NCBI GenBank assembly: GCA_019244185.1
Contig: JAFATB010000025.1
Coordinates: 288,001-352,000, forward strand
Length of the DNA: 64,000 nucleotides
Reading direction: 5' to 3'
Source of the DNA: Acidobacteriota bacterium
GTDB taxonomy: Bacteria > Acidobacteriota > Thermoanaerobaculia > Gp7-AA8
The position numbers were made by a program, and so were the translations under genes. Below, piece after piece: positions 21,281-30,639 of the stretch; the stretch's first letter is position 1, and every line of letters starts with the position of its first letter. The notes below the pieces were generated by a model, which was not told where the DNA came from, did not search any database, and was given only the letters and a program-made list of their open reading frames with translations.

Positions 21281-22597
21281 CTATTGAATCTTCAGTTGCA
21301 TCGCGGGCGCGACCGAGCAGACGCGCCACGACGGGTAAACGCCGGCCATGAGTCCGGCCACGAGCGCGAGGAACAGCGACACCAGCACCATCTCTCCGTC
21401 GAAGCGGATCATCGCGCCGTTGTTCGGCGCGTACTTGCCGAGGAGATGGAGCAGGCCGACCGAGAGCGCGAGCCCGATCGCACCGCCGAGGATGCCGATC
21501 AGCTCGCACTCGACGACGTGCTGCAGGAAGACTTGCACGCGGCTCGCGCCGAGCGCGCGCCGCACGGAGACCTCCGGCACGCGCGCGAGGAACTTGCCGA
21601 GCAGCAGGCCGACGAGATTGAGCGAGCAGACGACGAGGAACAGCACCGACACGATGCTCATCGACTTCACGCCCGGCGGCGTGATCTGCATCGCTTCCAT
21701 CATCTCCGGCAGCGACGTCACTTCGTTGTGCAGCGGGCGCTGGAAGCGGCCGAGCTTCTTCTGATCGCGCACGTAGTTGTCGACATATTCGCGATACGCC
21801 GTCTGCTGCGCCGTCGTCGGCAGCTCGACCCAGAACTGGATCCAGCACGTCTCCGACTGCAGCCCCGCCTCGTATCCGCCGTCGAACGATTTCCAGCCGT
21901 CGCTGTTGCCCCACGTATAGATCTGCAGGATCGGCGCGATGTTGAACGGGATGAAGATCCCTTCCGTCGGCGAGGCGCCTCGGTGCGTGAGGTCGTACGG
22001 GGCGAAGCCCGGCTTCCAGCTCTCGTCGATGACGCCGACCACTTTGTAGTTGTGATCCTCGATGCGCAGCGTGCGGCCGACGCTGTTGGCGCCGCCGAAG
22101 AGCTTCAGGTTCTGGTCGTGGTCGAGCACGACCACATATTCGGGTTTCGCGTCGGCGCTCTTGTCCCAACCCGAGCCGTACTGGAACGGGAGGTCGAACA
22201 TCGGAAAGAAGTCGCTGAAGACGAGGCGCACCGGCTCGCGGAACGGCCGCGTGGTCTTCGACTCGGGGAAGATGAACATGCGCGACATGAACGAGCCGGT
22301 CTGGCGCGTCGGGATCGTCGAGCGCATCAAGCCGCGCATGTCGCGATACGTGATCTGCGTCGGCAGCGACTTCGGATCGTCGGCGTTGTACGCGCGCTGC
22401 GGATCCCAGTTGTCCATGCGGACGTAAAACAGTTTCTGGCTGTGCCCCGGAACGGGATCTTTCTCGAAGATGTGGCGCAGCGCGATGAACGTCGTGGAGA
22501 CGCAGATGCCGAGGGCGATCGCGCCAATCAGCAGCGACGTCAGGACCGGATTGCGGCGGAGGCTTTTGACCGCGGTGCGAAGGTAGTAAACGAACAT
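21281..22597 (-). CDS. MacB/FtsX-like ABC permease
   Basis: KSLRRNP, EVSVRRALGAS, AGVYPSWR. Confidence 0.88.
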   Translation of the reverse strand: MFVYYLRTAVKSLRRNPVLTSLLIGAIALGICVSTTFIALRHIFEKDPVPGHSQKLFYVRMDNWDPQRAYNADDPKSLPTQITYRDMRGLMRSTIPTRQTGSFMSRMFIFPESKTTRPFREPVRLVFSDFFPMFDLPFQYGSGWDKSADAKPEYVVVLDHDQNLKLFGGANSVGRTLRIEDHNYKVVGVIDESWKPGFAPYDLTHRGASPTEGIFIPFNIAPILQIYTWGNSDGWKSFDGGYEAGLQSETCWIQFWVELPTTAQQTAYREYVDNYVRDQKKLGRFQRPLHNEVTSLPEMMEAMQITPPGVKSMSIVSVLFLVVCSLNLVGLLLGKFLARVPEVSVRRALGASRVQVFLQHVVECELIGILGGAIGLALSVGLLHLLGKYAPNNGAMIRFDGEMVLVSLFLALVAGLMAGVYPSWRVCSVAPAMQLKIQ

Positions 22598-22609
22598 GAG
22601 CGTCTCCGT

Positions 22610-23338
22610 TCAGCGCAGCGTCGAGGCGACGCCAGCGGAAGCCTGCGGATGCGTGAGCGTGAGCGGCGGCAGGTCGAGATCGACGACGTGGCCGTCGAGC
22701 ACGTGGATCTGCCGCTGCGCGCGCACGGCGCATTCGGGGCTGTGCGTGACCATGACGATCGTCGTGCCGGCGGCGTTGATGCGGTCGAGCAGGTCCATGA
22801 TCTCGCGCGCCATGAGCGAGTCGAGGTTGCCGGTCGGCTCGTCGGCGAGGATGAGCTTCGGATCGCCGGCCAGGACGCGCGCGATGGCCACGCGCTGCTG
22901 CTGTCCGCCCGAGAGCTGCGACGGCAGATGGCGCGCGCGCGACGAGAGGCCGACCATCTCCAGCGCGCGCTCGATGCGCTGCTTGCGGTCGGACGCGCCG
23001 AGGCCGCGGTAGCGGAGCGGGACGTCGACGTTGTCGAAAACGTTGAGGTCGGGGATGAGATTGAACGACTGGAAGACGAAGCCGATGGCGCGGTTGCGGA
23101 TGCGCGACATCTCGCTGTCCGACAGGCGGCTGACGTCTTTGCCGTCGAGCGTGTACGTCCCCGACTCGAACGTGTCGAGCAGTCCCGCGACGTTGAGGAA
23201 CGTCGTCTTGCCGGAGCCGGACGGCCCCATGACGGAGACGAACTCGCCGGCCTCGACGTGCAGCGAAAAGTTCTCGAGCGCGTGCGTCTCGATCGTGGCG
23301 GTGCGGTAGATCTTCTTGATGTTCTTCATCGTGAGCAT
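22610..23338 (-). CDS. MacB/LolD-like ABC ATP-binding protein
   Basis: GPSGSGKTT, IGFVFQSFNL, LSGGQQQRVAIAR, ADEPTGNLD. Confidence 0.93.
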   Translation of the reverse strand: MLTMKNIKKIYRTATIETHALENFSLHVEAGEFVSVMGPSGSGKTTFLNVAGLLDTFESGTYTLDGKDVSRLSDSEMSRIRNRAIGFVFQSFNLIPDLNVFDNVDVPLRYRGLGASDRKQRIERALEMVGLSSRARHLPSQLSGGQQQRVAIARVLAGDPKLILADEPTGNLDSLMAREIMDLLDRINAAGTTIVMVTHSPECAVRAQRQIHVLDGHVVDLDLPPLTLTHPQASAGVASTLR

Positions 23339-23358
23339 GGCGTTCGTTCTCCTGTTTC

Positions 23359-24630
23359 CTAGCGCAGCAAAACCGTTTTCTTGTCTCCGAACGACGAGGT
23401 GTCGGAGAGGATGATGCGTTCCCCTTGTTCGAGCCCGCGCAGCACTTCCACTTCACTCGAGCTCGTGGCGCCGAGCGCGATCTCGCGCCGCGTGGCGATG
23501 CCGTTGTCGACCACGTACGCGGTGTGGCCGCCGCCGACGTCGACGAACGCGCCGCGCGCGACTTTGAGCACGTTCTTGCGCGACTCGTAGATCAGCCGCG
23601 TCGTCAGACGCTGGCTCTGTTTGAGCCCCGGCGGCAGCCCACCCTGAAACGCCACCGTGGCCGCAACCTGGCTGTTCGTCACCTCGGGTGACACCGCCGT
23701 CACGCGGCCCGTGTACTCGCGGCCGTTGAACGAGATGACCGCCGGCGTGCCGATCGCGGTCTGCCCCGCGTACTCTTCCGGCAGGTCGAGGTCGAGCTCG
23801 AGCGACGAGAGGTTGACGACCGTGAGCACGGCCTGATTCGGCGCGACCGCGTCGCGGTCCTGCACGGCCACCGCGGCGACCATGCCGTCGAACGGCGCGC
23901 GGATGGTCAAGTCGTTGACTCGTTTCTCGAGATCGGCCGTGACCGATTCCTGCGCGACGAGCTGCTGCTCGCGCGTCTGCAGTTCGAAGGAGAGCGTCTC
24001 GCGCGAGAGGTCGAGCTCCTTGCGCGCCTGCGCGAGCTGGAGCTGCGTCGTCTGCACGTCGTCCTGCGCGGACTCGAAGTCGGCGCGGTTCGTGAGACCT
24101 TCGTTGAACATCTTCTGATTCCGCGCGAGCGAGCGCTTCGCGGCTTCGAGACGCACCGCGAAGAGATCGACCTGCTGCTGCGCGCGGAGCTGCGTCTGCC
24201 GCGCGAGGATCTTCTGGCGCTCCAGCTCCGCGCGCATGGAGATGCGCTGCGCGCGCGCCTGCTCGAGCGACGACTGCAGGTCTTTGCCGTCGACCACCGC
24301 GAGGACGTCGCCCGCATGCACCTGCGAGCCCGCTTTCGTGCGCAGCGAGACGATGCCCTGTCCCGCGCTGAAGAGCGTCGGATGCAGCGCCGCGACCACG
24401 CGCCCTTGCACCGAGATATCGCTCTGCAAGTCGCCGCGCGCGACGGTCGCATAACGGAGCGTCGTGCCGTCGACCGCGCCGTCCGCGCTCAGCCAGCGAT
24501 GGATCGAGGGAAACAGCACGATGCCGACGAGCAGCACCGCGCCGATGACGATGGCCGCGACGATGGCCGGCGTCCGCAGATTGCGCGACGCGACCACCGG
24601 CCGGTCCATGGAAGACGTATCGTGAATCAT
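23359..24630 (-). CDS. Periplasmic adaptor (MacA/HlyD-like membrane fusion protein)
   Basis: N-terminal TM, lipoyl-like halves (TIRAPFDGMV), coiled coil, VEVLRGLEQGERII. Confidence 0.88.
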   Translation of the reverse strand: MIHDTSSMDRPVVASRNLRTPAIVAAIVIGAVLLVGIVLFPSIHRWLSADGAVDGTTLRYATVARGDLQSDISVQGRVVAALHPTLFSAGQGIVSLRTKAGSQVHAGDVLAVVDGKDLQSSLEQARAQRISMRAELERQKILARQTQLRAQQQVDLFAVRLEAAKRSLARNQKMFNEGLTNRADFESAQDDVQTTQLQLAQARKELDLSRETLSFELQTREQQLVAQESVTADLEKRVNDLTIRAPFDGMVAAVAVQDRDAVAPNQAVLTVVNLSSLELDLDLPEEYAGQTAIGTPAVISFNGREYTGRVTAVSPEVTNSQVAATVAFQGGLPPGLKQSQRLTTRLIYESRKNVLKVARGAFVDVGGGHTAYVVDNGIATRREIALGATSSSEVEVLRGLEQGERIILSDTSSFGDKKTVLLR

Positions 24631-24647
24631 GATCGCGGTCGCTTAGC

Positions 24648-24662
24648 GCAACCGCGATGCCA
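24648..24662 (-). promoter_or_regulatory. Sigma54 (-24/-12) promoter of the MacAB-like operon
   Basis: Minus strand TGGCATCGCGGTTGC = GG-N10-GC, just upstream of the 24630 start. A cognate sigma54 activator is in the same operon. Confidence 0.8.
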
Positions 24663-24678
24663 TGCACGCTTCCTTTGT

Positions 24679-24691
24679 TTTCAACGATTTA
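24679..24691. promoter_or_regulatory. Putative IHF site
   Basis: TTTCAACGATTTA, one mismatch to WATCAANNNNTTR, in an AT-rich patch between the promoter and the palindromes. Confidence 0.5.
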
Positions 24692-24706
24692 CAGAGTCCG
24701 GAAGTC

Positions 24707-24747
24707 TGTCCGCGTGACAGGTGTCCGCGGACAGATGTCCGCGGACA
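24707..24747. promoter_or_regulatory. Three tandem palindromes TGTCCGCG(T)GACA, candidate enhancer (UAS) for the sigma54 activator
   Basis: tgtccgcgtgaca 24707-24719, tgtccgcggaca 24722-24733 and 24736-24747. Confidence 0.65.
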
Positions 24748-24768
24748 CGCTGCGATCCCATTGCCGCG

Positions 24769-27700
24769 TCAGTGCGATCCATTCGGCTGCGGGTTGGTCC
24801 GCTTGTGCGGATCCTTGTCCCAGTCGTCGATGGTCCTCGGCTTTCCGTCAGCGTTCTTGAAGTCCAGAATGCCGTTCAATGCCTTGGCGAGGATGTCCGT
24901 ATAAATCGAGCAATCGCCCTGGTTCTTCGTGATGTCCCAGACCTTGTTGTTGTACCAGACGAGCCCGATCCCCTCAGCTGCTTTGACCACCGTATTCGAG
25001 CCGAAGGGCACCTTGTTGCCGTCCTTCATGACGTAGTTCTCGACCACCCCTCGTATCACCGTCGTCTTGCTGTTCCACAGGCCGCCGCCGGCCGCGTCGG
25101 AATTGGAGTTGACGATGATCGTCGAGTGCGGATCTTTCTCCGTCAGCAGGTGATCCGCACCTTCGACGCGCGCGGTCGGAATGGGAGCATTTTCAGTCAC
25201 GAAGGCTTCCATCACCCCATCCTCCTTGTTCTTGACGAAGCCAACCACGGTGCTCACATGGGCGACCGGATGCTCATGAGCCGCCCGGAATCCCAGCACG
25301 ACCACGTCGCCTGGATTGACGTCCCACATCTGCCCGTACAGTCGCGCGATGACCTCGCCTGTCGGATCCCAGGCGTTCATCGGATTGTTCAGAACGTACG
25401 TATACCGGTTCCACGACTGCGGCGTGACCGCGTTCCCCGGTTTCGGGTCGCCGGAGAGGAAACGTCCCAGCGCCGCCGCGTAATAGCGGGCATGCATGTA
25501 ATCGATGTCGCTCTCGTCCTGCGCCGTGCCGTCGTCGTCGCGCTCGTGACCCGTGAACGCCATCCGCTCCGGCAGTTTCTGGTCGAAGAAGAGATTGCCG
25601 AACGGCATGTACTTCGAGCCGGTCGAGGTCGTGTTCAGCAGTTCGCCCTGCTGTCCGGTGACGAACCGCACCGATCCGAGGTGATCGACGTGCACGTCGT
25701 GCACCTCGGCCTGCCCCGACGCGTTGCGGCTGATCGTGTTCGTGAGGATGTCGCCCGCGTAGACGAAATCCTCTTTCCACGTCCACGTCGACGGTGCGCC
25801 GGCGCTGTATCGGCGCTCGACGTCGCGTAGGACGCGATGTCCGCCGGAACGGAACGACCACAGCTCGCGCACGCCGCTCGAGGCCGTGAAGTCGAGCACG
25901 CCCACGCGCTCGTCGTTTACGTCGTAAACATAGATGCGTCCGATGTTCGTGCCTTCCGTGTACGTGGCGCGGTTGAACGCGTCGTACTCGAAGTTCAACG
26001 TTGCCGTCGGATTCGGTGGAGTGAACTTGCGGAGATCGGGCATCGTCTTGACGTTTCCCGCATCGTCGTACTCGACGCCTCGTGCGGCTTGACCGCCCGA
26101 CGCCACGTTCTGCAGCCGGCTCGTGGTCTTGTCGACCGTGTAATTTATCGTGCCGCGCTGCTTGAGATTGCCGAAGCCGTCGTACCTGTAGGTTTCCGAC
26201 AGTGACCCGACTGCAGCATTGGCGATACGCAATGCGTTGTCGTACTGATACGAATCGCTCATGCCGATCTTCGAGATGTTGCCGGCACCGTCATAGGCAT
26301 AAAGGCCGGTATCCGAGGAGCCGTTCTTCCAATGCCAGACGATCTCGCCCACACGGGCGAGCTTCGAGTCCGTCTCGAGCGAAATGTCGTCATGCACGTC
26401 GGCACTGGCGAATTGCACGCCCTTGCGCAGACCGTTGAGGTAGTACGACAGCGTTGCTCGCGGCGTGTGCCCGGCTCCCTCGTTGACGTCCGTCAGCACG
26501 TCCGCGGTGTAACCGTAATTGAAGAAACGCGTAGTCGCGTCCGAGAACGGCGTCGGGTAGTCGATGCGGGTGAGGTTCCCCCGCCCGTCGTAGTCGTATT
26601 TCACGGTTCCGCTGAGGAACGAGGCCTCGACGCCTGCGGAGGAGACGGTCGACATCGAGGTCGTGACCTGCGTCAGCATGCCGCAGCGCAGGCTGCCGAT
26701 GCCGCAGTCGTCGTACGCGTATGCGCTGCCGACCTTGTACGTCGCGGGCTTGGCGGTCGCCGCCGGATCGCGAACATAGTTGTAGCGGTAGGCGGCGGCG
26801 AGCTGATTGCGCGGTCCGGCCGCGTCGTCGTTGGTGAAGTAATCGAAATGCTTGAGGAGCGGCGCGTTGCCGCGCGGCGTCGCTGCCGGCTGCCATACGT
26901 CGCGCAGCCGCTCGGCGCGGTCGTAGGCCATGCGCAGGTTCCACTGATTCAACGACGGGAGCGTCGTCCCGCCACCCAACCATGCGTAATCGACGGCCGT
27001 GGCGTGCCCGCGCGCGTCGTACTGGCTCTTGACGAGCACCTGGCCGCTCGGGCTGCGCATTTCGGGATCGGTCTCACTGGTCAGGAACCCGCGTCCGTCG
27101 TAGTCCATGCGCCGGGTCTGTGTGTCGCCGGTATCGATGGTCGTCAGCGTGGCCACGGTGAGGTGCGACAGTGCGTCGTAGCTGTATTCGGCGCGCACCG
27201 CTCCATCGTTGACGCGGAAGAGACGGCCGAAGGAATCGAGGTCGTGCGACATCTGCACGTCGTGCGGATTCCCGTTGCCCGCGTATTCGGGGGCGAGCGC
27301 GATGTCGTGCATCAGGGTGACCGTGCCGCGTCCGCCGACGTAGCTCGTATCGGTCGTATGGCCGTCGGCCTCGCGCACGCTCTTCTCGCGGTCGAAGACG
27401 TCGTAGAAATGCTTGTTCGTCCGCACCGCCTGCGGCAGCGTTTCCTCGAATACCTTTCCCGTCGGCGTATAACTGAGGATCGTCTCCGCCTGGCCCGCCG
27501 GCGTGTCGCGCAGCGTCGACGTCAGTCGTCCGAGGTAGTCGTACGTAAAGTACGAGGAAGGGCCGCCCGCGCGGGAAACCGACAGTTGGTTGATGCCGCC
27601 CGTGCCCGTTTTGCTCTTGTAGCCGAACGTCTGCGGAGTGGCCACTCCCGGCGGCGTGACGGTCTTCACCCGACCCAGTGCGTCGTAGGTATAGCCCGTG

Positions 27701-30501
27701 GTCAGACCGGAGGCGTCGGTCATCGACGACGGCAGCCCCGCTCCATGCTCGATGTCCGCGCTGCTCGTTTGCACATAGGTGCCGGCGCCGCAGCCGCGGT
27801 ATTCGGTCGACGCGACGCTTCCGTAGCGCATCGTCGTTTCGATCGCGTAGTCGCTGGTGACGTTCTGGCCCGGGGAAATCTGGTTACCGGACCATGCGCA
27901 CTCGCCGCTTGCCGCGGTGCAGAGGCCGCCGCCGTCGCCGCCGTAGTTCTCTTCGCGAGTGACCACTTCGTACACGCTTCCGGGCACGGCGGGGCCGCGC
28001 CGCGTGTAGAGGGTCAGCAGGTCGTTGGCGCCGTCCGGTACATCGACATCGCGCAGCGACGGCAGCGCTCCTTGTGCGTTCGGCAGCAGATTAACGGATG
28101 CCGACAAGTAGCTTTCGGTGAGGTGCCGCGTGGCCTTGAGATATCCGCGCGTCGTGTCGTACAGCGTATGCGTGCTGCCGATCCGCCCGTTTTCGATGAC
28201 CTTCGCCCGCGACGAGAGCTCGATGAGCCACGCGTGGAGTCGGTCCGGCATGCCGGTCGGATTGTCCGCGTTCGCCTGCCACGAAACAGTCGGGTTGTAC
28301 AGCGTGTACTCGCCGCGCATGTCGAAGTCGTTGCCGTCGGGATGTCCTTTCGCGGCCGCGCGGAAATTGCCGTACGTGTTCGTCTGGCGGAAGTGTCCGA
28401 GGCCGTCGAAATCCGAGAACATCGCCTCGGTGAACGGTACCTGCGGGACAGTCGTATTGAAGTTCACCGTCGCCGGGTCGTCGAAGTAGCGCGTGTGCTC
28501 GCTCGTCTCGCGTAGATTGATCTGCCGGCAGTCCGACGGCAGCATGTCGCCGCCGCATTCGTACGAGCTCTCCTCGAAATTCGCATACTTCGCACGGAGC
28601 CGCGTTGCGGTGGTCGCATCTTCATTTTCGTGGCGGTATGTCGGGAACATCCGCCGCACGGCGTCCTTGAGGTTTGTCACGAACGGTGAGCTGGGGGCCA
28701 TGCTGACCGAATACGTCTCGGACGACAGATAACGGGCAGCCTGCGACCGATCGTGCCGCTGCACGGTGTCGACCTTCTCCAAGTCCGGCGTGAACGGCGC
28801 GCCGTACCACTGCAGGCCGTATTCGACGTTGTGATAGTTGACCGTCAGGAGGCCGTTCGGATCGAGCATCGTGGCCAGGAATTCCACCGGCGCGCGGCAC
28901 AAAAGCGGCTCGCCCAAATCCCATTGGCCGTTATGGTTCGGATCGCCGTCATCCCAGCCGTCGTGGTCCGTGTCGATGAACCACCGGTAGTACGCTTGTC
29001 CGGAATAGCGCCACGTCGCTTTCACGGCGCCGCCGGCGTCGATCTCCTCGCGTTTCGCGATTCCGACGACGTTGCCGCCGCCATAGGCGCCATCACGCAC
29101 GCTTCCGTGGCACAGACGGGTGGTCGTCCCTCGGCCCTCATACGAATACTTGTAGCCGCCGCCGGTCGGCGCTTTGACGGACAACAACGCGCCGGACAGA
29201 CGGCTCGTCGGATACGAGAATCCGTCGGGGCACGCCGTCGTGCTGTTCCAGTTCGGAGCCGTACAGTAGGTGTACGCGAATCCGTCGCCGTCGGCGGTAG
29301 TCCCCGGATAGTAATCGAACTTCCATTGCCCGCCGCCCTCGGGCAGCGTCATCGATTGCAGTACCTGAAACGTCGTCGTGTGGTCGTCGTTGTACGGAAA
29401 CAGCAGTCCGTCTTTCGTCCACGGCAGCACCGACGTGCGCAGCATCCGCAGCGGCGTGTAGTCGAAACTGAAGACCATCGAATAATCGCCCTGCGGACCA
29501 GCCAGTTCGGCGCGCGTCAGCCGCTCGCCGATCCACGGATAGTCCGTCGGCGCGTAGTTGCCGTAGATGTCGAAGACGAGCCGGTGCTGCCGGTTGACGA
29601 GCAGCGACGTGCGTTCCGGCGACGTGCCGTGATAGTACGGATCGTCGCGCGTCTCCGCATCCGGCAGCGTCCCTTCGACGAGCGTCCAGATCCACTGTCC
29701 CGATGCGGGCCGCGTGTCCGAGCTCCGCTCGATCAAGAGCACATTTCCGAACGAATCGGAGATCCAGCGCAGAATCCACTGCGCCTTCCGCTGGCCGCAG
29801 CCGCTCACGCACGAGAAGTGCTTGACGGTGCCGTCGGGAAAGTCGACCTCCCGCTCGTTCGTGTCGCCGCCAATTTTGCGCAGGCGGAGGTAGCTTCCGT
29901 CCTGCGTGAACGAGGCGCCGACGTCATTGAAGCTCGTCGAATGCATGGACGGCTTGAACTCGTGCGACGCGCCGTTCGGCTCGGTGTACGTTCCGCTGAG
30001 GTAACCCTCCGGCGTCGCCACCGCACCGAAGCTGCCGAAGCCGACGCTCCAGCCGACGCCGGCGTTGCCGGTCGGCACCGGCTCCGATCCCGCAAAACCG
30101 CTGCCCTCCGGCGCGTCGAGCGTGAAGGTCATGCGATACGTCCGGATGCCGGACGAGCCCTGCGTCGTCACCGCGTCGACGATCGTGGTCGAGATCGTCG
30201 ACGGTGCGGTGTTGACCGCGTATTTATCGACGAACGCCCAAACGTCCCGCGAATGCTGGAGCGTGAACTGATAGGACAACGCACCGTTCGTTTTGTACTG
30301 CGGTCCAATGGGGACGGTGACGCTCAGATCGCCGCTGAACAGATTCACGTTGTCGAACTGCGAGATCTGGTACGACGTATTCGGCTGAAACCCGTGCGCA
30401 AGGATCGTGTCGACGCCCGCATACAAAGGCGCGCCGAAGAGCAATACCACAAGGACTACGGTTGCACCGTGCAGTGCGCGAAGCGGTTTGATCGGTTTCA
30501 T
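24769..30501 (-). CDS. Signal-peptide RHS/YD-repeat protein A (1910 aa) with permuted NlpC/P60-like C-terminal domain
   Basis: Sec-type signal (…GAPLYA-G), YD repeats (YTYDALGR, YDGAGNI), RHS core FTGHERD…YMHARYY…GRFLSGDP…NRYTYVLNNPMNAWDPTG. Confidence 0.9.
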   Translation of the reverse strand: MKPIKPLRALHGATVVLVVLLFGAPLYAGVDTILAHGFQPNTSYQISQFDNVNLFSGDLSVTVPIGPQYKTNGALSYQFTLQHSRDVWAFVDKYAVNTAPSTISTTIVDAVTTQGSSGIRTYRMTFTLDAPEGSGFAGSEPVPTGNAGVGWSVGFGSFGAVATPEGYLSGTYTEPNGASHEFKPSMHSTSFNDVGASFTQDGSYLRLRKIGGDTNEREVDFPDGTVKHFSCVSGCGQRKAQWILRWISDSFGNVLLIERSSDTRPASGQWIWTLVEGTLPDAETRDDPYYHGTSPERTSLLVNRQHRLVFDIYGNYAPTDYPWIGERLTRAELAGPQGDYSMVFSFDYTPLRMLRTSVLPWTKDGLLFPYNDDHTTTFQVLQSMTLPEGGGQWKFDYYPGTTADGDGFAYTYCTAPNWNSTTACPDGFSYPTSRLSGALLSVKAPTGGGYKYSYEGRGTTTRLCHGSVRDGAYGGGNVVGIAKREEIDAGGAVKATWRYSGQAYYRWFIDTDHDGWDDGDPNHNGQWDLGEPLLCRAPVEFLATMLDPNGLLTVNYHNVEYGLQWYGAPFTPDLEKVDTVQRHDRSQAARYLSSETYSVSMAPSSPFVTNLKDAVRRMFPTYRHENEDATTATRLRAKYANFEESSYECGGDMLPSDCRQINLRETSEHTRYFDDPATVNFNTTVPQVPFTEAMFSDFDGLGHFRQTNTYGNFRAAAKGHPDGNDFDMRGEYTLYNPTVSWQANADNPTGMPDRLHAWLIELSSRAKVIENGRIGSTHTLYDTTRGYLKATRHLTESYLSASVNLLPNAQGALPSLRDVDVPDGANDLLTLYTRRGPAVPGSVYEVVTREENYGGDGGGLCTAASGECAWSGNQISPGQNVTSDYAIETTMRYGSVASTEYRGCGAGTYVQTSSADIEHGAGLPSSMTDASGLTTGYTYDALGRVKTVTPPGVATPQTFGYKSKTGTGGINQLSVSRAGGPSSYFTYDYLGRLTSTLRDTPAGQAETILSYTPTGKVFEETLPQAVRTNKHFYDVFDREKSVREADGHTTDTSYVGGRGTVTLMHDIALAPEYAGNGNPHDVQMSHDLDSFGRLFRVNDGAVRAEYSYDALSHLTVATLTTIDTGDTQTRRMDYDGRGFLTSETDPEMRSPSGQVLVKSQYDARGHATAVDYAWLGGGTTLPSLNQWNLRMAYDRAERLRDVWQPAATPRGNAPLLKHFDYFTNDDAAGPRNQLAAAYRYNYVRDPAATAKPATYKVGSAYAYDDCGIGSLRCGMLTQVTTSMSTVSSAGVEASFLSGTVKYDYDGRGNLTRIDYPTPFSDATTRFFNYGYTADVLTDVNEGAGHTPRATLSYYLNGLRKGVQFASADVHDDISLETDSKLARVGEIVWHWKNGSSDTGLYAYDGAGNISKIGMSDSYQYDNALRIANAAVGSLSETYRYDGFGNLKQRGTINYTVDKTTSRLQNVASGGQAARGVEYDDAGNVKTMPDLRKFTPPNPTATLNFEYDAFNRATYTEGTNIGRIYVYDVNDERVGVLDFTASSGVRELWSFRSGGHRVLRDVERRYSAGAPSTWTWKEDFVYAGDILTNTISRNASGQAEVHDVHVDHLGSVRFVTGQQGELLNTTSTGSKYMPFGNLFFDQKLPERMAFTGHERDDDGTAQDESDIDYMHARYYAAALGRFLSGDPKPGNAVTPQSWNRYTYVLNNPMNAWDPTGEVIARLYGQMWDVNPGDVVVLGFRAAHEHPVAHVSTVVGFVKNKEDGVMEAFVTENAPIPTARVEGADHLLTEKDPHSTIIVNSNSDAAGGGLWNSKTTVIRGVVENYVMKDGNKVPFGSNTVVKAAEGIGLVWYNNKVWDITKNQGDCSIYTDILAKALNGILDFKNADGKPRTIDDWDKDPHKRTNPQPNGSH

Positions 30502-30639
30502 CGCGTCAGTCTCTCCGTTGCGGCGATTGATTGCGTTACTCGACTTACTTATCGTTCGGGCGGAATCGTTGGACCAGCGGCCGCAGGTCGTCGGCCGATG
30601 AACTGCTGATGCGCAGCCAGTGCGGCTCCCCCGCGACTC

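Noticed and set aside
30502-30639. Possible immunity gene between the RHS genes (ORFs 30549..30752 minus, 30531..30806 plus)
   Set aside because: They overlap the RHS B tip, are Arg/Ser-rich, lack an RBS, and the free gap is only 138 bp.
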